The translations under genes and the position numbers were made by a program. Under the pieces are notes generated by a model that saw only the letters and a program-made list of their open reading frames with translations, searched no databases and was not told the origin of the DNA. A stretch of 64,000 nucleotides of DNA from Phoronis australis. Taxonomy: Eukaryota > Animalia > Phoronida. This document shows positions 12,390 through 24,100 of the stretch, one piece after another. The stretch lies in NCBI GenBank assembly GCA_002633005.1, contig NMRA01000065.1:544648-608647 (forward strand), in the 5' to 3' direction. Every line of letters starts with the position of its first letter. Position 1 is the first letter of the stretch.

Positions 12390-14060
12390 AGGAGAATGCC
12401 ACCCCATTTAATTAGTCTTTTTTGCCGTCTTAATCGGTCTATATCCACATCGCCTCGCATACGGTCGACCTTACCTTGCCAAGAGGTGTCGCGTTAACCT
12501 GTGACGAAGGTGAGAAACGACGCTAGCGACGTCAGTGGTTCATATGCAGAGTGAATGCCGCTATATTGCGGTGCATCGTTCCCGCTTGTCCGAACTAAGC
12601 AGCTGCTAGAAAAACGGGTATATCGTTTTTTTACTTTCTCGAGAGTCCAAATGCTTAGGAAATGGCTCATGGTAGTGAAGAATGAAATTTACGCTGTAAG
12701 TAACAAGTATGAGTCCGTGAAACATCTCCGTGTCTGTCATGCGCCTGCACTGAGACGTCCGACGAATGCCGGCTTACCAAATAACTCCATACGTTCCGTT
12801 GTCTGAGCTTGTTCACGGCGCCTCTCTAGTATTTCTTCATCACTGAATCCCTGTTCGAATTGATAGCCTGTAAATTTTAACGATCCACCTGCGAAGTCGG
12901 GACCTTTGAGCTCTAGCTCGTCCTAAGGTGGGATTGCAAGTTGCCATGTTGGCGTTTATTACTGAGCGTTCTGTTTCAAAATGAATTATTCTCACCCTAA
13001 CCAATACTTATATAAAACTGAAACAAAGTCTGTCTCATTAGATGCAATTTGTAATGCCTTTGGAGTGTTCGTGAGTGCAAGTGATTTGAGAAGCCAGCAA
13101 TGAATAAATCACTGCGTTACCGGCTTTCGGTGCAATAAAACTAATTGACGGGACACCGAGACCGTTGCTGGCAGAAACTATTGTGAAACAACTCGATTTC
13201 CATCCCACGGCCAGGTGTTAGGGGAATCTTTATTTACATTTACATTACTCAAATAATGATTGTCAATGTACAACTTCTGCCCTGACGGTGCTGTGGCCAA
13301 AGTGGAACATGAATCCGCGGCCCCTGACGAGTATAGATTTGCAGTTTCGTGGTAATTCACCAACATAATCACGTGCACGTTACTTTGGCTCACTAGTATA
13401 GTATTTTCTTGACTGGAAGTTTAGTTTCCACTGAACTTTGGCTGGTTTATGTTCGTGATGTCTGATCAGTTTCCGGGCCACTGGCCTGCCCGGGATAACG
13501 AGTCAATCCGGCCGGCCGCGACGGGCCTGATCGGCTCCGAGCCACTGGCCAGGATAACAAGCGTTTTGTGTTTAGAACTACAAAAAATCACAAGTCTAAA
13601 CAACACAGATCTAGGTTCTCATGTCTGTACTCACGGAAAATACTTCGAAATTATCTCCGAACAGAGCCCAAACTGCTGCTACGGACCTTACTGGCCTGCC
13701 GAACTTTGTAGGCTACGGTGTGTCCAAATACCAATAAATCCTTAAGAGTGAAATAAAACAACACGTTTTTATAAGAACTCGCTTTATTTTTAAGGGTTTT
13801 ACATCGCAGTTTGATGATTTATTGGTGTTAAACGATGACTTCAAGCGACAAGGTGACACCAGTATTCTGAAGATTTCGTAATAAACATTCAAAAAAAATG
13901 ATGAACAGACTGCGTGTGAAACCGATGACGTCATTGGATAATTTCAACACCTCCGTCTGCCGTCAGGTGTCAGGTAACGCAACCGTACGTGTCGTTATGG
14001 AGTAGAACTAGTCGATCGAAATTGATACAAATTAGGTCGTTTTTTGGGTGGCATGCTCCT
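12390..14060 (+). mobile_element. Internally deleted Kolobok DNA transposon (THAP stub + KolX stub)
   Basis: TTAA TSD at 12386-12389 and 14061-14064. TIR aggagaatgccaccc vs reverse complement aggagcatgccaccc. Degenerate THAP on + 12555-12740 (MPLYCGA..FFTF..RKWL..VK..HLRVC) converges on a minus-strand KolX-like N-terminus (GYQFEQGFSDEE, ~12740-12947). Confidence 0.8.
13862..13898 (+). mobile_element. Extreme 5'-truncated LINE tail
   Basis: 28 bp identical to 55573-55600 (gtattctgaagatttcgtaataaacatt), followed by c and A8. Confidence 0.8.
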
Positions 14061-14334
14061 TTAAAAGTGGTTAAAACCACCAATTCCATATCAAAACGCT
14101 GAACAACAACCCTAGCAGTTGATCAGCTGTCAATCAGAAGATCTGCTGACATTAGCTGACAATATGTTAATTAGCTGATGTCGAAGTACGAATATTATTG
14201 GTCGATACAGTACTACGTAGAACGGGGCAACCAATCACACCATCAGTCATCCTCTATTGTGTTTAGTGTGAAAAGCAATCAGATATTGCTACTCGTTTCC
14301 TCGTGGTTTGTTATGTAATAAAGAATTATTTGGA

Positions 14335-14445
14335 GTTGCGTTTGTGGTGGTTGTGACAATTCAGTATTTGAGCACTAAAGCTGTGACTCTTTTCACTTTT
14401 CCGCGGGACCTCCAAGAAGCGCGGATATGGTACAAGTTATTACAA
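14335..14445 (+). pseudogene. THAP-domain relic (transposon-derived)
   Basis: CVCGGCDN, a frameshift, then KAVTLFTFPRDLQEARIWYKL. Same pattern as the THAP relic at 49900-50054. Confidence 0.6.
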
Positions 14446-14739
14446 GAAACTCCCGTGTTCATAGTCATGTCGCACTGGCGCTGGGCGAGTCCATGTGCCG
14501 CACTCATGTCCGAGGAGCTAAGAAACATTCAGTTCGTTCCCTTCCTTCTATTTTCTGCTTTTTGGGATACTGAATTTACGGTTGTGATATATACAGTGCT
14601 AGAAGTGAAAGTTTAATGATGCTGGCAACTAGTCAATCATGAAAATAACTGAGGTAGATGGTATTTATTCAATAAGGGGGTAAAATCATAAAACTTTGGC
14701 AGGCACGCTGTTGGTTTTAGAGGTTCATAATAATTCTGT

Positions 14740-15490
14740 AACTGAGTGAAGAGTCGACATTCAGGACTGGAGAACATATGAACCATAAAGCGAAAGAAAA
14801 ATGGATAATCGAAAAGAGATGGACTCGAATAGTAATGCTTAGTTTTGCTGAGCACTTAGACAAAATGAAATTTCAGTTGTTGGCCATACTGTGCTGAAGT
14901 GAAGAGCATTTTGTTTATCCATTTCAGTTAAATAGGATTACTGTAACAAGGTGTTTAGATAAATCGGTATTCAGGTTATCAAAACTTTTTTTATTTCGGG
15001 TAGGATGCTGGCTTGCAGAGATATTTTTTGAACTTTGTGTTTGTCATTAAAGTTGGGCTCAAAATGTGTGTTTCCTTGTCAACTCATGGAAGACACTGAA
15101 CCGTTTGTATGCAAGCTGTTGACGGCGACTCATCAAAAGTTAACATAGCACCTTACCACATATTCAGGTTGAAATCTGTGATGGAATCATCACTGCCTCC
15201 TAATCATGATTGTTTGCTGTTACATGCCAAAAGAGCAAACTACCATTCACAAACGAGCCTTGCAACAGAATGTTAGTGCACCATCTCCAGTTGGTAATGA
15301 GTGGCTTTTGAAGCGGGGTAGTCTGAAGCTCCACTAGATGGCTCTGCCTTTAGCCCCAGAAAATGCCATGAAAAAAGTTAATGGCAAGTGTAAAAAAGTG
15401 GATGTTGTATAAAATGTCCTCTTGTTTGAAGTGGGGTATGCCATGTTCTAAGTTGTGTGACTGTCCAGACCTGTGTGAACACGGTGTCTC
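14740..15490 (+). mobile_element. Academ-like transposase relic (XPG-like/Cys-rich C-terminus)
   Basis: Broken frames give EPFVCKL..VN.A, LPP..CLLLHAKRANY, RALQQNVSAPSPVGNEW, LPLAPE, KCKK..CLKWGMPCSKLCDCPDLC, the LPP/H..RA.YQ/PSP..GW/CXC pattern. Many stops and frameshifts. Confidence 0.55.
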
Positions 15491-15788
15491 AGTCAAAAAC
15501 AACTTTTGATGACAATAATGATAATGGAGTGGATGAAGAAACATAATAAGTGTATGATATGTTGTTAAAGAACTTTTCATTTTTAACCTAATGGAAAATA
15601 TTGACAACATTTTATCATGCTGGTGACTGTTGGGACAGTAGGGTGCATCATTTCCTGTGACCAATGAACTGCAATGTGGATAATGATAATTAATTGTGAC
15701 AATTAATAAAAGCGATAAGAGTGAATTCCTTGCAGAAGCGTTGGAATTGTATGTTGTTCATATGTGGGCTGTGATATCAAATCTTGAT

Positions 15789-15872
15789 CAAGTTCCAAAT
15801 GGTTAACCGTATTGTTCTTTTGGTAGGAGTTCAGAATATAATAGTATGTTTTCTGGCCAACAGGAGGCGCTA
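15789..15872 (+). repeat. Dispersed repeat, inverted copy at ~47255-47337
   Basis: caagttccaaatggtta..ttgttcttttg..atagt..ccaacagg..gcgct matches the reverse complement of 47255-47337. Confidence 0.7.
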
Positions 15873-17236
15873 CTAGTTTTTTCTTTTTCTCTTTTTGAAC
15901 AATTTTTCAAATAATGTCACGATATTTATCACTTTTCTTGTCTGGTAACTTCAAATTAATAAAACCCAATCAAATTATGCGTCTCCTTCATTAGCCGGCT
16001 GACAAGCGTTCGAATTTACCGCCATCAGACAACGGAAACTGCATTAGTTATCAACCCAAAGTGGTTGTTTCAAAAATAAGCTTTATTTTCATCACAAACA
16101 CATTTTCAAGTCAAAAATAAATCGTCATTTCTTCAATATGAGGATGCAAATGAGGTCGTCCCTAAATTAGTCCACCCCCTCTTTATTTTCCCACCCAACT
16201 GCACCTCGAACGATGCTCAGGCCCCAAGGCTGATGATTACCCCCCTTGCCCCCCGGCTGGGTGTCCCTCGAAACCGATGTTCCCGAAGCCTGATAACTCA
16301 ATTTCTGCGCCACTTGCTGTATATCAAGTGCTTTAGCCCACGCTCAACTAAAAACGACATTTTTCAGGGGATTTAAAATGAATGGCAATCTGGGGAAACC
16401 TTTCAATCAACGGGGGAGGAGGAGAGAGGTTGGGGCAAACACAAAATTGAAATGAGCTTTGGCCCGCGGGGAAGAGATGCTCCCTTGGCTTCTCTAAGTT
16501 TATTAGTCTTAAATGACAATAACAGGGTCCCGGATAGAAATCTCTTTTGCCCTGGAGGTAGGAAGACGAGTTGTTACAGGCCTAATCGGGATTTGTCCTA
16601 GGAATGATGTCAGAAAATATCGCATCCACGGATACTTTCAAGTTTACCTAACTTTATGCTGTCGGAGTTGCAGCCCACAGTGCGTAAGTAAAACTTCGCT
16701 AGCGCTGGAAGGTTAAAAATAAAGATAATACTTTCGAGAAAAATTTGCTCAGTTGCTTTTTAATTGGGGAACTTAGAATTCCAAATTATACGCATGCATA
16801 CAAGATTAAGCCGTGTGGACCAAATGGAGTTCGCTGATTACGCAACCGGAGCATTCACCATTGCATTCAGTTGTAAATTTTGCCATGATTCTACTTAACC
16901 TAATTAGCGCAGGTTATCGTTATAATAAAAATCAACAAAAGCAACTCAAAATGCGTTTCAGAGTAAGTGAAATATGTCAAAATAAAAAAAACGAAAAATA
17001 ATATTCCCCTTGAAACAGAAGTCAACTCGTATGCTTGTTAATACTGAAAAGGAAATTTCATGATAGCAATTCTTGCACCCGCGTTTTAAGGAGAACTCGA
17101 AACAAATCGCAGTATCAAAGTGAAGCTACGAATTGCCATTTTACAAAAACTCTGATATTTCAACAAGACAAAGTTGCGTTTTAACGGAATTTTCAAACCT
17201 CGGAGTAATTTCTGATTCTAGTCAACTTGTAGAACC

Positions 17237-17328
17237 CACAGGCGTCCTCAGCTTCTGATCGTCCCCAATACACTACATAATACTACATGTAGTGTATTGG
17301 GGACGATCAGAAGCTGAGGACGCCTGTG
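17237..17328. mobile_element. 92-bp perfect-hairpin MITE, P-element-like ends
   Basis: 42-bp perfect inverted arms (17237-17278 and 17287-17328), 8-nt loop, CACAG...CTGTG termini, perfect 8-bp TSD GTAGAACC (17229-17236 and 17329-17336). Confidence 0.92.
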
Positions 17329-17699
17329 GTAGAACCACTTGTGTGACACAGAAATATCATGTTCTGAGCGATGTCTTACTCCTGTCCTTTCTCTGCTAAA
17401 ATGTCGGTTATGGTTTGGTTTATTTTTCCAGTAGAACAAAGTTATCTACACCGTAGTTCTTTGTCTCAAAAAAACCGAAGAAGTAACCGAGCAAGAAACT
17501 GGAAGGAGCTCCGGCTGCCCGCCGTGACAGGGTCACAGAATAAAAACTTCGTTCCTCGCCGCCAGGTGTTGCTATTTGGTATGACTTTGGGTTCTCCGTC
17601 AGACGTCAGTAGTGACGCTTTGTTTGGGTCGTAAATTGTGTCCCGAGCTTCCCTCGTGATTATCTTAGTGTTATCTCGAGATATTATCCAATGCATATG

Positions 17700-17908
17700 G
17701 GATTATTGTGCCTAGGGGACGATATGATATCATCACATGACCTGGTGACAAAGCTGGGTCACTTCTCAGTGCAAATGATTGAAGCGATCGGATAGCCGTA
17801 ATCCGCCCCTAATTAGAATTCAGTCGGCCGGGCGCTATTGCGATTATTGCGTTTGGTTCGACACTTCCTGGGATCATTTGACAGGCTGTCTTACGACGCC
17901 GTCTTGAA
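17700..17908 (+). promoter_or_regulatory. Putative SLC49A4 proximal promoter/5' UTR with M-box/CLEAR-like site
   Basis: CpG-enriched. TCACATGAC (reverse complement GTCATGTGA) at 17733-17741, GC box ccgcccc at ~17803, ETS-like acttcctgg at ~17863. Confidence 0.45.
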
Positions 17909-18107
17909 ATGAGCGACCGCGAGTCAGAGTCACTCGTCAACGTTTGTGAATCGGATAGGGTGCAGTCAGATAGACTCTTGGGGGACGATTATGGATCAAC
18001 CCGCAACAGTCACGGTGAAGGAGACATCGCCCAGGGCTGTACCAAAGTCTACACCCGACGTTGGTATATACTGTTGGTGTTTTCTCTGATGGCGTTAGCA
18101 CAGGGAG
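17909..18107 (+). CDS. SLC49A4: SLC49A4 exon 1
   Basis: ATG at 17909; KVYTRRWYILLVFSLMALAQG; donor G|GTATGG, phase 1. Confidence 0.9.
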
Positions 18108-21100
18108 GTATGGAAACAAAGTCAGTTGGTGTCATGCAGAGTAGACCCGGTGTGCAACCTATACGGGCCTGAACATTAACCTGGCCATCTAGATTGAAAA
18201 TTGAGCTCTGCAGGCTAAACACGTGCTAGTATCCTCTGGCTGGCTATACACTGCCTGCGACATACACAGGCCATGTATAATTGCATAAGAAGCCAAGGCT
18301 AGCCTGATGCCTACCAGTAGGGCCCACTATAGAAATTTTTTTTGTATGTTTTTGTCTTGAGTTCCATGGTCGTAATTGGGTTGAAAACGATCGATATAAA
18401 TGAGTCAAATTTCGATCTGTCCGGAGATTGAAATTATTTTCTATCATGGCAATTAATTATAGGTTTGGAATATAGTTCGTGTTACTATGTTTTAGGAAAA
18501 AAGAAAATATTTCAATCTAAAAACCCAAGACATCGAAGCATTGCTCAGATAATTTCCTGCAAGTATCAAACTGACAATTCAATTGACATATTTCGTGTTG
18601 TTTGAGTGACTACATTGGTCAAACCAAACAGACCTGTGACAGCTGTAGATTTTGAACCCATGCCTCTCCAAAAAATGGCTCCTTATGACCTTATACCAAT
18701 GCTTTAGGCAAGTACCTTAGGCAGCTCAGCCTTGTTACCTTACTCACATTGATACTTGAAAATTTATTACAGCAATATGGAACACATGGGGTCCACTCAC
18801 ACGGTCCGCTGAAGTGGTTTTTGGCTGGCATGACTCGGACATTGCACTGTTGTCGAACTGGGGACCTATAACTTATGTAGTGTCTATGGCAGGCTTTTCA
18901 TGGCTCATGGATGTTAAAGGCAAGGCTTCATATTTCAACTAATCTTTAATTAACCAAAGTAATTTGGCTTCAACCTCTTTTGAAGTGTGTACTACCGATG
19001 AGCACTGGCCGAAGCTTAGAACAGACATTACGTCAGACATTTTATTTGAGAAGACTTATGAACTTAAGGTCATAATTAAATAAAGTGATTAACTTGTACC
19101 AGTCTTCAATCTATCATCGCACCGAAAGCTATTTAGCGCTGGTCGGCAACAACCTGCACATATCCAATCACAACAACCTGCACACATCCAATCACAACAA
19201 CCTGCACACATCCAATCACAACAGCCTGCACACATCCAATCACAACAACCTGCACACACCCAATCACAACAGCCTGCACACACCCAATCACAACAGCCTG
19301 CACACACCCAATCGCAACAGCCTGCACACACCCAATCGCAACAGCCTGCACACACCCAATCACAGGAAAAACGTGACACTGTGCATTTAAACAAATATCT
19401 ACACAAAACTACATTTTAATTCAGTAAAAACACATTTATTTATTAGTATATATTTTCTTATAGCATAATACATGTAGAATTTTGGTTTAAAACCAATTTG
19501 CCATCAATTGGGTCACGTTGCCATGTCTTTTTGCTAAAATTTAGAAAAAATATGTACATTCATAGCAAAACAACAGCATCAATTACATCTATTCACCAAA
19601 TTTCAAATGTTCACGAGGCAATCTAAAAATGCTTTAGTTATGCATATGACTATATCTATCCATTTATTATTGGATATTAGTATTGTGAAAATCTAGTGCC
19701 ATGTACAAGTGTACATAGTTTGAAAATATAATAACAGATTGTTGACTATCATATTTGCCTGCATGAATTGAACAGGCTTCGAACATGAATTTTACTTTAT
19801 CATTATTAGTATCACTATAATTAAAATCCTGATAATGATAATATGATAGTAATAAATAATAATGGATCATGATAATGCTAATATTTTGGAACTATGAAAT
19901 AATGGTAGTAGTAATAGTAATGTATACTGATAGTAATACAACTTATATGGCCAACAGTTTGCATGCAGACCAGACTTAAAATGTTTGTAGTAATGTAATT
20001 TATTGTGGTTGGCATGTTAGGATGCAATGTTGCAATGAGATTTTGCCAGAAAATGGCTTATACTAGTTGTGACCACTGAACATGATACTACATGCGTTAA
20101 ATCTCTTTCCAGGTCTGAGAATATCGAGTATCATCTGTTGCGGCCTCGTATTTGTAGGAGCTGGGCTGAGGTGTATAACATTCGAGCAACCCGCTGCCAG
20201 TTGGTAAAAAGGATTTTCTTAACATGTTATAGTTCCTGTATTTAGTCCAATTTTTACCCTAATGGTAAAACAGCCAGTGACCAAGTCTCGTTTTTTTTTT
20301 TCAAAAATGCTTTCAGCGAGTACACGACACAGCTAACATATTCTCATCACACTATGATACTGAAGCTCCATGTTCTAATATTGGATGCTGAGAGTTATTT
20401 GCAGTAAACAGGTCTAGTTGTATCACCAGACGCACTGATTGCACCTGTAGTCTTTGAAAGGGTACTTAACTCAACTGAACAGATCTTGGCCACCGTTGAT
20501 CTTGTAATAGTTAGTGTACATGAATAGCTGCACAAGGATGATAAAAACTGTGATCATCCTCAAAACTTTCTCACAAATGCCCTCAAGAAATCTGTCAAAT
20601 TGCCAGTCTTCAAGGGTTTCTTAGGTTCAAAAATTACACATTTCTTTCAATTGTTAAGAAATTTTGTCACCTTGGGACGAAAATAAACTAAGTTTGGCAG
20701 TGTGTTTATAACGCCTGGTCCACATTGCATTGGAGTCGTTCATAGTCGCAGGTTAAACCAGTCATTGTGTAGTGAAATGCAAGTATAGTATATTACAGTG
20801 TGCCTGAGTTCATTTGCATTTGACGTGTGTACTTGGCCCGATGTGTGTGTACTTGGCCCGATGTTTCTTCTTCCTTTTGATTTCCTCGTCTGTTCATCAT
20901 GTTCTCATGTACTCACTTGCTTGATTTACGCTTTAATGGATTTATGGTTCTGTATCATGTAGTTAGTCAGATCTGGCTAAGCTACGTAATATCATGACAA
21001 AATTCAACGCACCGTGTTTTAGCCAATCAGAGGACAGTCGTATATTTGAACATTTTGGCATGATGTGGACAAGGCTTTGTTTGTGTTAACGTTCCGTTAC

Positions 21101-24100
21101 TTCTTGTATAGGCTCATACATTCCGGGCAAATGCTTAATGGATTCGCAGGCCCTGTAGTCATGGCGGCAGTACCACTCCTGTCTTCAAGCTGGTTTCCAT
21201 CGTCCCAGCGCACTACGGCTACAGCACTTTCTGCCATGGCAAGCAATGCGGGGGTAGCTGCTTCATTTGTAATTGGTACTTAATGTTTTCTCTTTGCATG
21301 TTATGCAGGTTGTGGGTATTGATTTTCTCATGGACGTGATATCTTCTGAGAAATTACCCTCCGCACTCAAAAAACCTTAATCAGGATTAAAAAAACATGT
21401 TCGAAAGGCAATAGATCCAATAGTTTACTTTCTCCATTTTTGAAATTAAATATTAGGTTTTATGGGTTTCTTGGTGTTGTGGAGAAAATTAATTCGTGCA
21501 TCAATTTCTCGGCATCTACTGACTGTCTTAGCTGGTTGTCTTGTGGTACGTCTTCATTACTGCTCCGCTGTTTCCGTGATAAAATATATACACGTACCCA
21601 TAGACGTCTATGCACGTACCATTTACTTCGTAAAGCCAGCAATAGTGTTCGTTATTTTATTGAGGTGCTGTCAGATTTTTTCCGCATGCGATACTTTCAG
21701 ACAGAAAAATCATGGCATTTTCCTTTAACATCGTGCATCAGAAGCAATGCTAAGCAACTATTTAAATGCTTCTCATAACTGAGTTGCATTTTTTCTGCTT
21801 TCCTCTTCATAAATTGTCTCTTTGGTGAGACGTTTTTGAGAAGACTCACGAAATGTCCATTTCGATGACACGTGATTTGGCAGTTCTTAGTGAGCCGACT
21901 CGTTGAAGAGGTCGTCTCCCCACCTGGTAACTGATACATATACTGCATGGACAGGCTTTCAAATTTTTCATTATTGGTCATTTCAGGGACACAATTTATG
22001 CATTGCACTCCTGAGTAAAGTTTTATCAAGAATTGTGACCTTAACAAATATACAGCGTTCAGATTTCTATTTTTATGACAAGGCAGATGTGATGTCTAGT
22101 CAGAAGGCAGATTAGCAGCTTAAGGGGTTTCACACAGTTTTGATATACTGTTGAATTGTTGATTAATTTTGATCCATTGTATTTTGGTCTTTGCCTACTG
22201 CAAATCTGCACTGAATTAGTTTTTCCATTATTGCTGCATGAGAATTAGGCACCGCAGACAAAAGTGTGAAAATCACATGGGTTGCAAAAAATCCTCCTCT
22301 TAATTAAATTGATGATTGAAATCTTTTTGAAAACAAGACTTTTATTGCGCAATACCAATTTTATGTTCTGTCGGTTTTAATTATCTGCCATGGTAAATTC
22401 AGGAAAAGTTACAGTGTGAAGATTGAAATGGATAGCAATTTCTTGTTTTGTTTGGATTACTATCAAGATCACCTTCAATTTGTTCCTTCTCAATAATTGA
22501 TGTATGTTTGACTACATCTTGAGAGGAATTCTTACTTTTTCAATGAGCTAATTCATACTGGTCACATATTAAATTGCTTCGGAGGACCTTTATGGTTTGC
22601 TGTCTTAACAATTTTGTCGTCTTGGTGTTTTCGTCATCTGAATGTATGGCTACAAGGGCACTCATTACCATTGCTAATGACTTGGGCCAGTTATCGTCTT
22701 CAGCTATTGACTTCCATGTTGGAGCGCTCACTCAATTATTTTAAGCTGTTCTTATGTGTGACTGAAGGATCCTAGGTAATCTGGGCAAGCCTCGAGCTGT
22801 TTGCACGAACCACTGAATCATCTGCTCAAACGGCACCATAGACTTCATATAAAATTTATATTCATTATTGTATAAGTAAACAAATTTAACTGCATTCGAT
22901 CAGCTAGCCCCATCTTTGCAGTATTGCTTTCTGTTGACAGTGATTATGCATGTGCAAACATAGATGTACACTCTTGCTCAAATATTTTGTAAAATGTGCA
23001 CCATGTCGAACCACTAATGTCGCACTGACATGTAGGACATTTTGACGTATGCATCTGAAATGTTATGCTCACGCACTTAAGTTCCCTGCACGTGTTAAGG
23101 TTGCTACTATATGTCATGGCAATTTTGAGACACATTTGAAGAAACGCTCCTATTTGCTTATTACAGCAGTCATACGAACAAGTAAAGCTGTTGTAAACCA
23201 CCTTGTCAAATACTAACTTTGATTAAGTGGGTTTGACACATTTTTAATTTGCCGTTGGATTTTCACATTTTGTATTTTGATCTTTGCTTACAACAAATCT
23301 AAAAATAATGTGGACATCTGCTGCAGATGCCTAAATAGAGACACCTCAACCAAAAAGTGTCAAAAGTTTGTCTTAAATGTATTATCTTGATTACCATGTG
23401 TTTTCTACAAATTAAAAAATGAGGCAGTAACTGTCCTAGTCTGTGCAGCATTTTAGTTTACACATTGTCACAAAAGATGATGATTGCCCCGCTGCATTTC
23501 ACTAGATGGCAACTGTGTGATGTTGGTGGGATTGTGAAGCAAATTTTGTTGACGTAAATAAACTAAAATAGAAAGTTTCTTAGACTCAGGTTTCTCATCT
23601 TACCTCAAATTATGTCACATAATGTGTACACCTGTGTTTAGAATGACATCATTGTGAAACTTGATGTTACACGCCAATATTGAGTAACAAAAGCTTAACA
23701 ATTTCTGTTTTAAATAGAAAACAATATTCAGATATTGTACAAATCAGTCAGTCGTAAAACGACTAATTTGTGGCACTGTACCAATTCCACAAAGGCTGGT
23801 GATACTTGTAATACTTTTCCCCAACTTTTCCTCGCTTATACATGTATTAAAAGGGATTTCTGTGCTTGGGAACGACTGACAGTTTTCGAAGTGTGATACT
23901 TCATTCAATGATTTGACTTGACTTGTCTGACCATTTATGCGCCAAGCACTGTCTGGCAACTGTGAGACCATGTGCAGTACGTTGGCATGATCCGGCCATT
24001 TTATGCACAATCATTGCCTTAAACAATGAAGAGATTTTGCGTCTTCCCAAACCTACATATAACTTCGAATATTAGTTGACGGCAAGTTTAGACTAATTTT

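Noticed and set aside
19085-19406. Cys-rich (CAGCCDWV)n metallothionein-like ORF and His/Asn-rich ORF
   Set aside because: Translations of a 24-bp intronic minisatellite that is open in several frames; no independent gene signals.
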